Shown here in pieces: positions 49,594-64,000 of a DNA stretch of 64,000 bases. The translations under genes were made by a program, and so were the position numbers. Origin of the DNA: Octopus sinensis (Eukaryota); the NCBI RefSeq assembly GCF_006345805.1, contig NC_043017.1:23498001-23562000 (forward strand), in the 5' to 3' direction. Every line of letters starts with the position of its first letter. Position 1 is the stretch's first letter. Under the pieces are notes generated by a model. That model worked only from the letters and a program-made list of their open reading frames with translations, was not told the DNA's origin and made no database searches.

Positions 49594-49944
49594 TATATAT
49601 ATATATATATATATATAAAAGGAGCACTCTGTCGGTTACAACGACGAGGGTCCCAGCTGATATGATCAACGGAACAGCCTGCTTGTGAAATTAACCTGCA
49701 AGTGACTGAGCAATCCACAGACACGTGTACCCCTAACATAGTTCTCAGGGAGATTCAGCGTGACACAGATTGTGACAAGGCTGGCCCTTTGAAATACAGG
49801 TACAACTCATTTTTGCCAGATGAGTGGACTGGATCAATGTGAAATAAAGTGTCTTGCTCAAGGACACAACGCTTCACCGGAATTGAACTCATGACCTTAC
49901 AATTGTGATCCGAATACCCCTAACCACTAAGCCATGCGCCTTCA

Positions 49945-49983
<39 letters not shown>

Positions 49984-49985
<2 letters not shown>

Positions 49986-50150
49986 TGGTGGTCCAAATCG
50001 GATATGCAATCTATGTGGGTGTTTTTTCAAAACATTGTCTGGTTTAAAAAGCCACATCGGAATCCTTGATGGTTCTAAGGTGTAGGTACAGGAACATGAG
50101 GTGGTCAAACTCTGCATAAGGAGTAGACAACCACCATATATATATATAAT
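49984..50150 (+). mobile_element. Non-LTR retrotransposon 3' end with a C2H2-like finger remnant
   Basis: [33 protein letters not shown], short 3'UTR, (TA)n tail; embedded in (TA)n; second copy at 52444-52590. Confidence 0.6.
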
Positions 50151-50211
50151 GTACTGTTCCATGATAGAAAATTCAGCAAAAAAAGTACTCCATCTGGTGA
50201 GAGATAAATAT

Positions 50212-50400
50212 TATTTATTTAAAGGATACAATATATGTCTTTAAGTGCTGCTGCCTTAGTTTTTTTGTGTTTCTTCTGTTATTCAATTTACTTAGTTCGT
50301 TATCATATGTGGTTTGTTGCCTAAAGAATTTGAGATATTTCTCAACATATGAAACTATCAGTAGCACTTAAAGACATGTCCTGTCTCTTTTAAATAAATA
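50212..50400. mobile_element. Decayed MITE with ~42-bp TIRs (TTAA-AG ends, Kolobok-like)
   Basis: tatttatttaaagga..atgtctttaagtgctgctg / cagtagcacttaaagacatg..ctttaaataaata. Confidence 0.5.
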
Positions 50401-50419
50401 GTATATATATTATATATAA

Positions 50420-50768
50420 GGCGCAGGAGTGGTTCCGGGTTCAGTCCCACTGCGTGGCATCTTGGGCAAGTGTCTTCTGCTATAGCCCCGGGCCAACCAA
50501 TGCCTTGTGAGTGGATTTGGTAGACGGAAACTGAAAGAAGCCTGTTGTATATATGTATATATATATATGTGTGTGTGTGTGTGTTTGTCCCCCTAGCATT
50601 TGCTTGACAAACGATGCTGGTGTGTTTATGTCCCCGTCACTTAGTGGTTCAGCAAAAGTGACCAATAGAATAAGTACTAGGCTCACAAAGAATAAGTTCT
50701 GGGGTCGATTTGCTCGACTAAAGGCGGTGCTCCAGCATGGCCACAGTCAAATGACTGAAACAAGTAAA
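50420..50768 (+). mobile_element. SINE family A with a deletion in the tRNA head
   Basis: GGAGTGG is joined directly to TTCCGGGTTC; about 30 nt of the head are missing. Confidence 0.85.
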
Positions 50769-51964
50769 TGAGTATGAGTATACAGAGAGAGAGAGATGCA
50801 TGCTCACACATATGCAATGGATTTCTTTCAGTTGAGGTGAAAAATGTTTTATTATTTGCATCTACAAATGTGGTGAGCTAGCAGAATTATTAGGGCACCG
50901 TACAAAACGCTTGGTAGCATTTCATTGGTCTTTGTTCTGAGTTCAAATTCTACCGAGGTCAACTTTGCCTTTCATCTTTGCAGAGTTAATTAAACAAGTA
51001 CCAGTCAAGTACTGGTGTTGATGTAATAAACTTATCCCCCCCCCCCGACACACACACTCCCTTCTCAAAAACTCCAGGCCCTCTGCCGGCATTTGAAGCC
51101 ATTACTTACATGTACGCAACATTTCAAATGGCTTCGTTAATCAATCAACATTAGGTGTCTTAAAACTAGGACCTTGTAGTAGCACTCTAATTAGTCCATC
51201 AATACATCCCTTGACCCTTTAGCATTCAAATTATTAGGCCAAATGAAATGCTTATTTATTCACATTGTTTCAAATTAATTATGCATTATCTCTTAGCTTT
51301 TAGATTTTGATGATGTAATTGTTTATGTTTATACTGACATTGTAGGGTAGATGTGGGAGCCAGATCTGGTCGCTTGTAGCATTATACAGAAAGAATATTT
51401 TCACTGGATGTGGCTGGTTTAAATTCTAAATGGTTAAATCCATGATACCCCAGCTTCCTCAGACTGGTATCAACACTTCTTCCTATGTCTTCTTTGGTAG
51501 TCATCCACCAATCGTTTTTTTTTTCTTCACTGCCAATACATAGATTTATGAGCATGGTTGTGTGGCTGACAAGCTTGCTTTGAAACCATGTGGCACCATG
51601 TAGCTTCTGTGTGGCTTCCATGTTGATTGCAACATTGACTGACTACAGCTCTGCAAATTATATTTGGTCTGGTTGTTAATGCTATTGAGTAGATTTATAA
51701 ACAAAGGAATTCCAGCCATGACCATCTCATTTTCTCAGGTTGTTGCTGACAGAACCATTAGACTACTGGGCAAAAATCCCTGTTCTGTTAAGTTCCAGCT
51801 CTTTACATTCTGAGCTCAAATTCTGCCAAAGTCAACTTTCTCTTTCAACTCTTCAGGGCTGATACGTTATTTAAATAACATATCAGCCAAGTTCTAGGTT
51901 GATTTAATATCCTTTAAAAGCATCTTAGCTATGAACTGAATTACAAAAGAAGAAGCATTTAGGG

Positions 51965-52669
<705 letters not shown>

Positions 52670-54654
52670 ATCTAGGGTTATATCATCCAATGTTGCTCTT
52701 TCTTTTGAAGGCAGTAAAATACAATTTGAGAAATTTGGCACCTATTTCTAGCCAGTTGAGCAACCATAAAGAGGATGACTCAACAGCTCCTTTTCAGTCT
52801 GCTAGAGTAAAAGCATGTGTGTATGATAAGGTGGAGGTCCAGTCCCTGTTGCAGAGTGGGGGTTTGTGTGCCTCGATGACCCTGAGAACCATGCCAGCAG
52901 AGTGCAAGCTCCTGGCAGGACCTCCCATACTTGGCAGGTCAAAGGATAGAGACCGGAATAATATGATTGTAAGATTGCGGTTTCAATTCTTAGACCAGGC
53001 AATGCATTGTGTTCTTGAGCAAAACTCTTCATTGCTCCAGTCCACTTAGCTGGCAAAAATATGTAATCGTGCAACAGATCGGCGTCCTGTCCAGGTGGGG
53101 GAATTTATATACCACAAAATTGGGAAACTGGCCCTTATGAGTCAGCTCGACTCAAGGATGTAACTTTACCTTTAATACAGATCACTTCTTTCTAGAGGTA
53201 AAAAAATGGGTTTGTGTAGGGCCAACATACACAAAGCAAAGCTAGAGAAGTCTCAATGATGATTCAAAATGAAACAGGATCTGGGAGAGGAAGGCCACCC
53301 TTCAAAAACAGCCCAGAGTGAAGAACAGGAGAGATAAGTCATCAATGGCCTATGCTCCATAGGAAGCGAAGGGCTTCCTATGGTAGAAGCAAAGCATGTA
53401 TGTTTTATGACGAGGTGAAGGGAAATGGCTATAAGTGGGCTTTGGTTCAGGACAGTAATGCAATGAATTTCTTTAATATTGATTGTAACATAAATGGGTG
53501 AAGATAACAAAACACAAATAATTAGTGAAGGGATTTATTTGGTGATGATGATGACGGCGGAGGTGGCTGTGGTGGTGGTGGTGGTGGTTCATTACAAGTC
53601 TGATGGCTGAAACTGTAATAGTGTCGGAAGGGTTTGCAGATAAATGATAACAAAAATGATGGTGTGGGTAATGGGGGTAGTGAGAGGGGGAAGGGATCAT
53701 TGGTAATTATAGTTTTGTTGTTGGTGAAGATGGTGGTGATGAGGATGATGATTATAGGGTTAATGGTGATGATAGTGATAAGGATCTTGGTGATAGCAAC
53801 AGTGAAAACTATGATGAGGATGTTGATGATGATGATGATGATGATGGTTGTTTTAATTATCATACTAATTATGCTGTTGGTGGTGATGAGGGAGATGATG
53901 AATGCTAACTATGACAGTTAAAACTTCAGTGATAAATTTAACGATAATGACAATAAAGGCAGTGATAATGTCGATAATGTTGATGATGATAATGATGCTG
54001 CTATGGTATAATGTTGACGATAATCAAGGCAAGGACATGGTAACTGTAGTGGTGGTGGTGGTGGTGGGTGGTTGGTGGTGTAAGGTTGATAGTAATTATG
54101 GTAAGGTGTTGTTGTTGTCGTTTATCTCAAGGTCAGCACTGATCGAGTCAACCTATGATTGAAGAAAGACATTCCGTCTTTGACCGTCCCATCTTGTTTT
54201 CAGGGATAGTGTTTCCAAACCTAATTATCCAAAAAGCTTTGCAAGAGGTAATTTGAGGCGACTTAGCTATGTATAACAGTAGATCAAACAACTACATAGA
54301 AGCTCCCTTGCTAGTAATTATGGTGGTGGAACAGGTGGTGATATTGTTCGCTGTGGTGGTGGTGGTGGCACTGTTGTTGTTGCTGCTACTGCTGCTGCTG
54401 TTGTTTTTGTTGTTGTTGGTGGTGGTGGTGGTAGTGGTGGTGAAGGCGCATGGCTCAGTGGTTAGAGCATTGAGCTTACGATCATAAGGTTGCGAGTTTG
54501 ATTCCCGGACCGGGCTGCGCAATGTGTTCTTGAGCAAGACACTTTATTTCACATTTCACTCCAGTTAACTCAGCTGTAGAAATGAGTTGCAACGTCACGG
54601 ATGTCAAGCTGTATCGGCCTTTGCCTTTCCCTTGGATAACATGACTGGGTTCTT

Positions 54655-55110
54655 TTGATTGGTGCAAAGTCCTGTTGCCAGACACAAGATCTTCCAGCCA
54701 CCACCCTCTTGATCCAGGTCAACACTACCTCTTCCAGGCACTTGATGTAGACCTCTTCGTTGAGTCTGAGGCCGTGTGGGGAAAATGAATGGAGGCATAA
54801 TGTCACCATCACTAGTAATCACTCCAAACACCATGATGTTGACTGGATGTTTGATTTTTATCTCAGTACATGTCCTCAGGTTGCACTGTTCTCAGATTCT
54901 GAAATGTTCGTATTGAAGCTTTCAGCACAAATGCCAAGCAGTACAGCATGTCGTTTCCAAATTTCTGGCAGAGTGAATTGCATCATGGTGTTGTTTTACT
55001 CACAGACGGTCTCTGACTATACGGTGTACTCGACAAAATCAAAAACCAAACAATGCACATGCAAGAAATTAAAAATATAAAATGGCAACAATTTACCCAT
55101 CACACCCTCT
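54655..55110 (-). mobile_element. Second copy of the same maT-like derivative, 3'-truncated next to a SINE-D
   Basis: MVFGVITSDGDIMPPFIF..LRLNEEVYIKCLEEVVLTWIKRVVAGRSCVWQQD; same 5' end as the 24895 copy. Confidence 0.8.
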
Positions 55111-55129
55111 AAGCGCACGCACGCACGCA

Positions 55130-55173
<44 letters not shown>

Positions 55174-56170
55174 AAGGCTGCAAGCTGACAGGATTGTTAG
55201 TATCCTGGGTAAAATGCTTAGTGGCATTTCATCCGTTTTTACGTTCTGAGTTCAGATTTCACCCAAGTCAACTTTGCCCTTCGTCATTTCAAGATCTAAA
55301 ATAAGGACCAGTTGAACAATGGGGTTGATATAAATGGCTTAACCTGACCCCAACATTGCTGGCCTTATGCCAAAATTTGAAAGCAATATATACATACACA
55401 CACACACAAATATATATATATATATATATATACATGCTTACACACACATGCAGACGTGTGTGTATATGTCTATGTATGTATGTGTAACCTATTGTCAGTA
55501 TACATACATACTCATATATACATATACATGCATACACACACACTCACATGTGTGTGTGTATATGTATGTCTATGTATGTCTGTCTGTATGTGTATATGTG
55601 TGTGTGTGTATATGTATGTATATATCATCATCATTTAAAATCCTGTTGGCATAAGTTTGATGGTTTGACAGAAGCTAATGAACCAAAGAACTGCACCAAA
55701 CTCTAATGTCTGCTTTGGCATGGTTTCTACAGCTGGACACTCTTCCTATTGCTAATATATATATATATATATATAGTGTAATAAATAAAATATATGCATA
55801 CATACAAACATATATGTACGTACCTACATCTACATGTATATATACATGCATATATAAATATATATACGTGTGTACAGGACACCACAAATAGACGCAGAAC
55901 TCAACAAGAAACGAAAACGTAAAAACAGCATGGAACGGACCATTTTTTTAACAACGAAAAAACAGAGTACAAGACAACTACACAAGGAAAAATCCCCTTC
56001 ATCAGCTGTCCCTAGTTCAACTCCAGCGTGTTTCGATGGATGGACAGAACATGTCTCGCTGAACTAGTCCTTCCTGCGAAAGAATTAAAATAAAATTCCT
56101 TTGCAGAGGGGTAAAAACAAGGGGAAAAAAAAATGTGACAAAAATGTGACCTCTTCTTCTTCTCTAAGCT

Positions 56171-56207
<37 letters not shown>

Positions 56208-56894
56208 AGTGTGTGTGCTTGTTTGTTTTTCTTTATTTACACTTGTGTTTCTCCATAAATTGTTCAGTCCCAGACATTGACCTTGCCATGACTTTCCCTG
56301 TTGCTGGTTTTGTGCCTTCAAAAAACATGTGGAATAAAACATTCTTTACTTGAAAAACAAGTAAGGAACAGCAACAGGAAAGACATCTGGTTGTAAAATA
56401 ATACCTCAGTAATATATTCATCTGACCCATACTAGCAGGGAAAAACAGAGGTAAAAGCAAATGAATCAAATGGGTTGGGAAAATGCCAGGATTTTTAGAA
56501 AACTGAAATGATTTTTAACCCTTTAACAGCAGGAAAAGGTTGCATGAATGTGTGTGACAGACAGAAAACAAAAGACATCTCTTGTTCTTAAGAGAAATTT
56601 TATTACTTAATTTCACTATAAATAAGTGCAAAGACTGTAATAATTGTTAGTCTCTCATGCAATAAAATTTACAATCTGATTATCAAAAAGTGCTGTAAAA
56701 TATTTACTTTGTTTTGCGTCTGACTTAAGCATAAATTCATTTGAGATTCCCACATTGTTGTTGTCAGACAAATGTTCAAATGGAGGGAAAAAAATTGGTA
56801 CACTTTATCCATCAGAATTAGTTGAAGCATCACTTTCCGCTGTATTATTTATTGAAATGCCACTTTCCTCTGTCTCATCATCATTTGCCTCATC

Positions 56895-57190
56895 ATGAAG
56901 AAAGTAATGGTGATACCAGTGAAAATTGGAGCACTAGGAGCAGTTTCCAAGAGCTTTGAAAAGCATATTGAGAATATTTGGAGCTGCTGTCAGACCCGAG
57001 GTGATCCAGAAGACAGCATTGTTGAGAACAGCTCACATTCTCAGAAGAGTATTATCTCTTTGAGTCACAGGAGAGGCACTACTTGAAACCATTGGTGATT
57101 TGTTGTTGCCTGCTTCCAAATAAGGAATAATTGGTAATTAAGAACTATCTGAGAGGCTTTCATAATAAAAATAATAATAATAACGATAAT
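56895..57190 (+). mobile_element. R4/Dong-like (RLE-clade) LINE 3' end
   Basis: VIPVKIGALGAVSKSFEKHIENI/..VIQKTALLRTAHILRRVLSL* followed by (TAA)n. Confidence 0.65.
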
Positions 57191-58104
57191 AATGTTTATC
57201 CTGATAATAAGTTAATGGTGTAATGAAATAATTTTGGCTTCTTATTTAATCTGTTATGGGTTAAAAATGAAAATTGCTGGGCTGAATATCATTAGATTAC
57301 AGCTACTACAGACGTGTGTATATACACATATGCTTGGGTCTGAACAATGTGTGTGTCTTGCACATGCTCATACACACACACGCGCGCGTGCGCACACACA
57401 CACACACGTACACAGGCACACAGAAACTCACACACATTCTTGCATACACTCAGACATATACACATGTATGTACATGTGCTCACTCACACACACACACATA
57501 CACAAACACACATTCACACACACTGACAGTTGATCAGCTAGAAATAGCTGGCAAAATCTCCCTCAAATCAAACGAACATCAGATTGTAAACAAAGACACA
57601 TTGGATGATGTTGCACTGGATGGCCATGGGAGGAATGTTTTAGATCAAATCAGCTCTGATGTAATCACTTAGGGCAGATTTGGATGTAAACAATAACAAA
57701 AACAACAACAATAGCAACAACAAAACAATACACACACACACACACACGTTCATAGTCTGCTAGATGAGGATATAATTTTGCAGAACTGCAGAACTGCAGA
57801 GGTGCAGTTGAGCACTGTGGAAACCACAGAAGCCATCATTTTTCTGTTAGAGAAAGAATGAGGAATCACATGGTTGCAGCAAATTGTGCAACAGTCTGTA
57901 AAACTGATAGAAGCTGGTGCTCCCTCCCACCTCTTCCCCTCCTTCCCTCTTTCTCCTCCTCCTTTTTCTTCCTCTTCTTCGTTCTCTTCTTCTCCTGCTT
58001 AGTTTTCTTCTCTCTCCTCTTTCCCAGTCTTCTTCGACAGCAATGGGGAAATATTGTATTCAATTAAGAAAGAGAACTCACATTTGAAGAATAGATTTAT
58101 TGAT

Positions 58105-58118
58105 CTGGTTTAGGGATG

Positions 58119-58149
<31 letters not shown>

Positions 58150-58500
58150 TGTGTGTGTATGTGCATGTCCGTATGTGTGTGAGATTGACTATATCTGTGT
58201 GTGTGTGAGATTGATTATATGTGTGTGTGTATGTGTGTGTGAAATTGACTATATCTGTGTGTGTGTATGTGTGTGTGTGAGATTGACTATATCTGTGTGT
58301 GTGTTTGTGAATGTATGTGTGTTTGTGAGAGGCTATATCTGTATGTGTGTTAGTGTACATTTATGAGTGTATGTGTGTCTGTATGCATGTGTGAGAGGCT
58401 ATAACTGTGTGTGTGTATGTGAGAGAGAAAGACACTATATCTGTGTAAGTATGTGTATGTGTGTGTGTGAGAAGAGAGAGAGAGAGAGAGAGAGAGGTTA
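58105..58500. repeat. (GT)n-based minisatellite with a GAGATTGACTATATCT spacer
   Basis: The spacer recurs about 5 times among GT runs. Confidence 0.85.
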
Positions 58501-61500
58501 TATGTGTGTGCATGTGAGAAACCACATGTAGTTGTGTGTGTCTGAACATGTGAGCACATGCATCAAGTATCTGTTTTATAAGCAACATGCAGATGTGTGT
58601 GCATCTGTGCTTATGATGCAGTGTGTATATGCATATGATAAAGAGTATGTGTGTGTGTGTGTGTATAATGCATTGTGCATGAATACATGCTGCAGTGTAC
58701 ATGTGTTTATATAATGCAGTAGGCATGCATGTACCATGTAGGCATGCCTAAGTGGTTAAGAAGTTCCACTTTGCAATTGTGATGTCCCCGGATCAATTTC
58801 TGTGTGTCACCTTGTGCAAGTATACTTTACCACGTCTTCAGATTCATCCAAGTGGAGGTGTATGGCTTAGTGGCGAGGGTGTTGGACTCATGATCGTAAG
58901 ATTGTAGTTTCAATACCTGGACCAGCCAATGTGTTGTATTCTTGAGCCAAACACTTTATTTTACATTGATCCAGTCCTCTCAGCCGCTAAGAATGATTAA
59001 TCCTGTGATGGACTGACATCCCATTCAGAGGGGAATATATCACCATGGAAACTGGAAAACGGGCCTTATGCGTCTATATTACTCATCAAGCAGCTTTATA
59101 CTTTATCATATGCAATGTGGATGTATATATGATGCTGTGTACAACATGTGCATATGATGCAGGCATGGCCAAGTAGTTAAGAAGTTCCACTTTGCAACTA
59201 TGATGGCCCAAGTTCAATTTCTCTGCTGACCACCCTGTGCAGGTACCTTTCACCAACTTCTAAGTTACGTGGATGTAAACACACCAACATCAGTTGTCAA
59301 GTGATGGTTGGGGGACAAACAGAGACACACAAACATATATATATATATGTGTGTGTGTATACGATGGGCTTCTTTCAGTTTCTGTCAATCAAGTCCACTC
59401 ACAAGGCTTTGTTTGGTCCGAGGCTATAGTAGAAGACACTTGCCCAAGGTGCTATGCAGTGGAACTGAACTTGGAACCATGTGGTTGGTAAGCAAGCTAC
59501 TTACCACACAGCCACTCCTGTGCATATATTCATGTGGGAGTTTGTAAGTGTGGGTGTGTGTGTATATGTGCAAGCATGTGTGTGTGTGCATGTTTTTGTA
59601 TGTATCCCTGATTATACATTTATATACATATGTGAGTATGTATAGTGTGTGTGAATAATTATATATGTATAAACCTATGTGTGAGTATGTGTATATATAT
59701 ATATATGTGTGAGCATTTATACATATACATGTGTTTGTCTGTACGTGCTCATATTTATGCATGTATGCTACATGTGTGTGTGCGCGTGTGTTTGTGTGTG
59801 TGTGTGTGTGTGAGACCATTGATGGTTTGTTCCTGTTTTAGCACATTGCAACTAGTCAAGGAAATAATCGGAAGAAATCGTTACAAAGAAGGTTTTTCTA
59901 CTGGAAAATTGGAAGCATACACACTCACACATGCATGCATGCTTATACACATATACACAACACACACATACACATGCAGACATATACTCAAAGTAGAATA
60001 GCTGTATTGACTCCAAGTTCAACTGTTAAAAACAAATTACACACACACACATGCATATATGTATGTAAGTATGTATGTATGTATGTATGTATGTATATGT
60101 GTGTGTATTAGATACACACACTTATTCATACATACATATACTCAAACAACTTTTCTTACTGATACATACTTATACATACACTCATATACATATACACACG
60201 CACAAAATCTTGCCCAGAGACATCTGTTTGGAGAAAAGCTTGTTTCTTATTATTGTTGCAACTGCTATGAGATTGCAAACTAATATCAGGGCTTCAACAA
60301 GAATTTCCACTTGCTAGAAATAGCAGTTAAAAATCCCTAATATTGCATCACAAAATCTAAAATAGAAAAAAGACACTACATTCGATTAAGATGATTCCTG
60401 ATAAACTTCTCAAAATTTTGGAAGCACCACAACTGGGATCCCCATCCATCATAGGTTCACTCAGTGAAGCCCTTATCTGCTGTTAACCAGAATAACAACA
60501 ACATGTTAAGCCTAGTGGTTCTCAGATAGTATACTGTGATGCGAAAATGCACTGCAAGAAACAGGCTAGATACACTGCAAAGAGATACTTGATGTGCTAC
60601 TGATTTTTAAAAATATATTTTATGCTTAAACATATCTATGATAATACCCAAGCATCTTACTCTGACACTTTCATAAGTGATACCAAGATTTTCCTGTACT
60701 GAAATCATAATGACCCTGGATCAAATCTTGGCTGATGAGTTAGGTTTATTCCATCCATGCCTGTTTTTGTCCTTTTCCTTGATTGTCAAAAAAGTCTTTC
60801 AGTGTTATTTTTGTTATAAATTTGTCCCACACAAGCATGATTTATAAATCAAAGAAAGAAATTAATGTTGGTAGCAGTTAATCTTCTGATCATCGTCATC
60901 ATCATCATCATCATTATCATTTACTGTCCTCCTTCCATGCTGGCATGGGTTGGATGGTTTGACAGGAGCTGGCCAAGCAAAAGCCTGTACCATAATTTTG
61001 TCTGTTTTGGCATGGTTTTTCCAGCTGGATGACCTTCTTAACACCAACCATCCCACAAAGTGGGCTGAGTGGTTTTTTTTACATGTCATTAGCACAGGTG
61101 AGGTTAGTTTTAGCATAGTTTTACAACTGGTTTCCTTTCCAAATGCCAACCACTTCACAGTGTGGACTGGATGCTTTTTATTTAGTACCAGCACCAGCAG
61201 GGTCACCAAGTACCTTTGCAAGACAATGAATCTTTGAGATTGGTGGGAGCATTGGAAGAGATGATCTTGTATCAGATGATGAATAGTTAGAGTGTGACAG
61301 AGAGGCAGAGACAGGTGTCTTGCTGTAGACGTGGTACATGGATTCTATTTCCTTTTTTATCAGGATTTGAACACACAATGTACAGAGCCAGAACAGGTAC
61401 CAGAAGGCATCTTGCCAGACCCCCTTAAAAACACCACCCATCTACCACTCTGGATGGTACTTTTCCATTGAACCCAAAATGATGAAATGCAAAATTGATC

Positions 61501-63340
61501 CCAGTTGGATTTGAACTCACTATGCAGAAAGTCAAACAAATACTGCATGACATTGTATCCAATACTCTAATGACTCCACTAATCCCCCCACCTAAAGAAA
61601 GTTTATTTTTCTTTATTTTTATAAGTATTAAACTTTTAAAATGTATTGTTATACTCAGGGATGGTCATATTTTGCCAGTTAAACACACATACACTATGTA
61701 TATTTGATCTTTACTTCAGCTTTATTATTATTATTATTATTATTTGTTATGATATTTCAGTACCAAATCAAGAACAAAGAAATAAATACTATAAGAAAAC
61801 ATCACACCATTATTGTACTTAGATTTGAACTTATGATCATATGGTCAGGGCTGAACTACTAAACATGGGGGTCATAAGTTAAAATATTTACTCCTGCCTT
61901 TGTCATTGTGCTATACACCACACTGGAATGCATGGCTGCGTGAGTAGGGCCTTTAGCTCATGGTTATAGGGTCAAGGACTCAAATTCTTGACTGGATGCC
62001 CTTGAGTAAGGCTCTTCACTTCATACTGCTCCAGTCTACTCAGCTGAAATGTGCACTGGCTGGTTGCTGGTGCAGTACTTCCTTCTTGATGTCAAATCCT
62101 ATTTGGTTTGCTGGGTCAAAGGTGAGAGAGTTGAAAGTATGTTTATATCTGTTTGTTAGTAGAAAGGCAGCTACAACAATTAGTCAAAGCATGATGCATG
62201 TTACCAAACCATACTTAATTGCAAATGGTAGTTGGCTGTGTGAGGCATCTCAACAAAATGTTTTATTACATTTGCCCCAGTTTGTCTGACTGTATGAAGC
62301 ATCTCAACAAAACATTTAATTACATTTGCCCCAGTTTGTTTGGCTGACAAAAAATAACAAATAAACACAGTCTCCACTCCCCTTATTTAAATGGTTAAAA
62401 TGGTGACTAATCCAGCTGTTATATAAAAGTAAACAAACAACCCCCACTCACCCACCCACTTATGCAGCAGTTGGGAAAAATAGATGGAAAACAAGCATTT
62501 CAAAAAATATGGCTGTATGGTAAGAAGTTTGCTTCCCAAGAACATGGTTCTAGGTTCAGTCCCACCTAGAGCAAGCGTCTTCTACTATAGCCTATGGCCA
62601 ACAAAAGCCTTGTGAGTGGATTTAGTAGATAGAAGCTGAAAGAAGGCTGTTACATATATATGTCTGTCTGTCTGTCTGTCTGTATGTATGTATGTATTTA
62701 TGTATGTATGTATCTGTGTGTGTGTATGTGTGCGCGTATGTATATATGTGTGTATGTGTATGTCTTTGTGTCTGTGGTTGTTCCTCAATATCAGTTGGAA
62801 ACTGGTGTTGGTGTGTTTACATCCCCACAAATTAGCAGCTTGGCAAAAGAGACTGATAGGATAAGTGCCAGATTTAAAAAAGAAGTACAGGGGTCAATTC
62901 ATTGGACTAAAAATTCTTCAAGGCTGTGCTCCAGCATGGCCACAGTCTAACGACTAAAACAAGTACAAGGTAAAAGATAAAAGAATTATTTGGATGCATA
63001 TTCATATACATATGTCGTCTCCATGGAAACTAGATTCATGACAACCCAAGGGCCGTTTTGGTTGCTTGGTACAAGGATCAAACCAATTAGTTTCAATGTT
63101 ATTCGATAAATCATTACCCTACACATTCAAACCTCAACTTATGTCATTTCAATTTAAATCATTTTTAACTTTACATTTTAAAGAAATGAATGGAAAAAAT
63201 AAACTTCAACTTCACATAGTTTACCCGATTTTATGTCAGTCTCAGAGGAACATAATTGCATAAATAATGTTTTTGAAAAAATACCTAAAAACTATTACTG
63301 ACATGAAAAATCAAATATAAAAAAAAACATGTGGAAATAA

Positions 63341-64000
63341 GTACAAACCATTTATTCTTTTCTGCTCTCGGCACAAGGCCCGAAATTTTTGGGGAGGGGG
63401 CCAGTCGATTAGATCGACCCCAGTACGTAACTGGTACCTAATTTATTGACCCAAAAGGATGAAAGGCAAAGTTGACCTCGGCGGAAAGGTACAAACGATT
63501 TATTCTTTTCTACTCTTGGCACAAGATCCAAAATTTTTGGGGAGGGGGGGCCAGTCGATTAGATCGACCCCAGTACACAACTGGTACTTAATTTATTGAC
63601 CCGAAAGGTTGAAAGGCAAAGTTGACCTCGGCGGAAAGGTACAAACGATTTATTCTTTTCTACTCTTGGCACAAGATCCAAAATTTTTGGGGAGGGGGGG
63701 CCAGTCGATTAGATCGACCCCAGTACACAACTGGTACTTAATTTATTGACCCGAAAGGTTGAAAGGCAAAGTTGACCTCGGCGGAAAGGTACAAACGGTT
63801 TATTCTTTTCTACTCTTGGCACAAGATCCAAAATTTTTGGGGAGGGGGGGCCAGTCGATTAGATCGACCCCAGTACACAACTGGTACTTAATTTATTGAC
63901 CCGAAAGGTTGAAAGGCAAAGTTGACCTTGGCGGAAAGGTACAAACGATTTATTCTTTTCTACTCTTGGCACAAGATCCAAAATTTTTGGGGAGGGGGGG
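63341..64000 (-). repeat. 150-bp tandem array made of SINE-B 3' halves (at least 4.4 units, runs off the window)
   Basis: Unit starts at 63341, 63489, 63639, 63789 and 63939; units 2-5 are nearly identical. Confidence 0.92.

Noticed and set aside
55975-56070. CTGATGA and GAAAC motifs on the minus strand (Penelope-like)
   Set aside because: No GAAA follows the stem II after CUGAUGA, and the upstream GAAAC lacks a valid stem III/UH; not a complete hammerhead.
60660-60850. Coding-like minus-strand stretch ending at AGA|gtaaga
   Set aside because: Stops in all frames, no acceptor and no recognisable homology.

Overview
AT-rich, microsatellite-dense eukaryotic DNA. The repeat landscape (tRNA-headed SINEs, RTE, CR1, L1-like, R4-like and Penelope fragments, Tc1/mariner, hAT and piggyBac-type MITEs, a Helitron) looks like an octopus or other coleoid cephalopod genome; this is an inference from recognised repeats. 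One protein gene is solid: the WD40 nucleoporin NUP37 on the minus strand, with 5 exons from 10281 to 1048 and its 3' exons beyond the left edge. There is one tRNA-Gly(TCC) gene at 49522-49593 (-). Most of the remainder is transposon and simple-repeat sequence, plus weak exon-like signals on the minus strand. Most notable observations: (1) several Penelope-type minimal hammerhead ribozyme motifs, including a palindrome encoding one on each strand and one with a compensatory A3-U8 core; (2) a 318-bp foldback insertion whose empty site is present in the window; (3) a 150-bp SINE-derived tandem array; (4) inverted repeats around NUP37 exons; (5) a strong-Kozak uORF overlapping the NUP37 start. 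SINE family labels A-D are my own. Repeat boundaries are approximate unless a TSD or TIR is cited.
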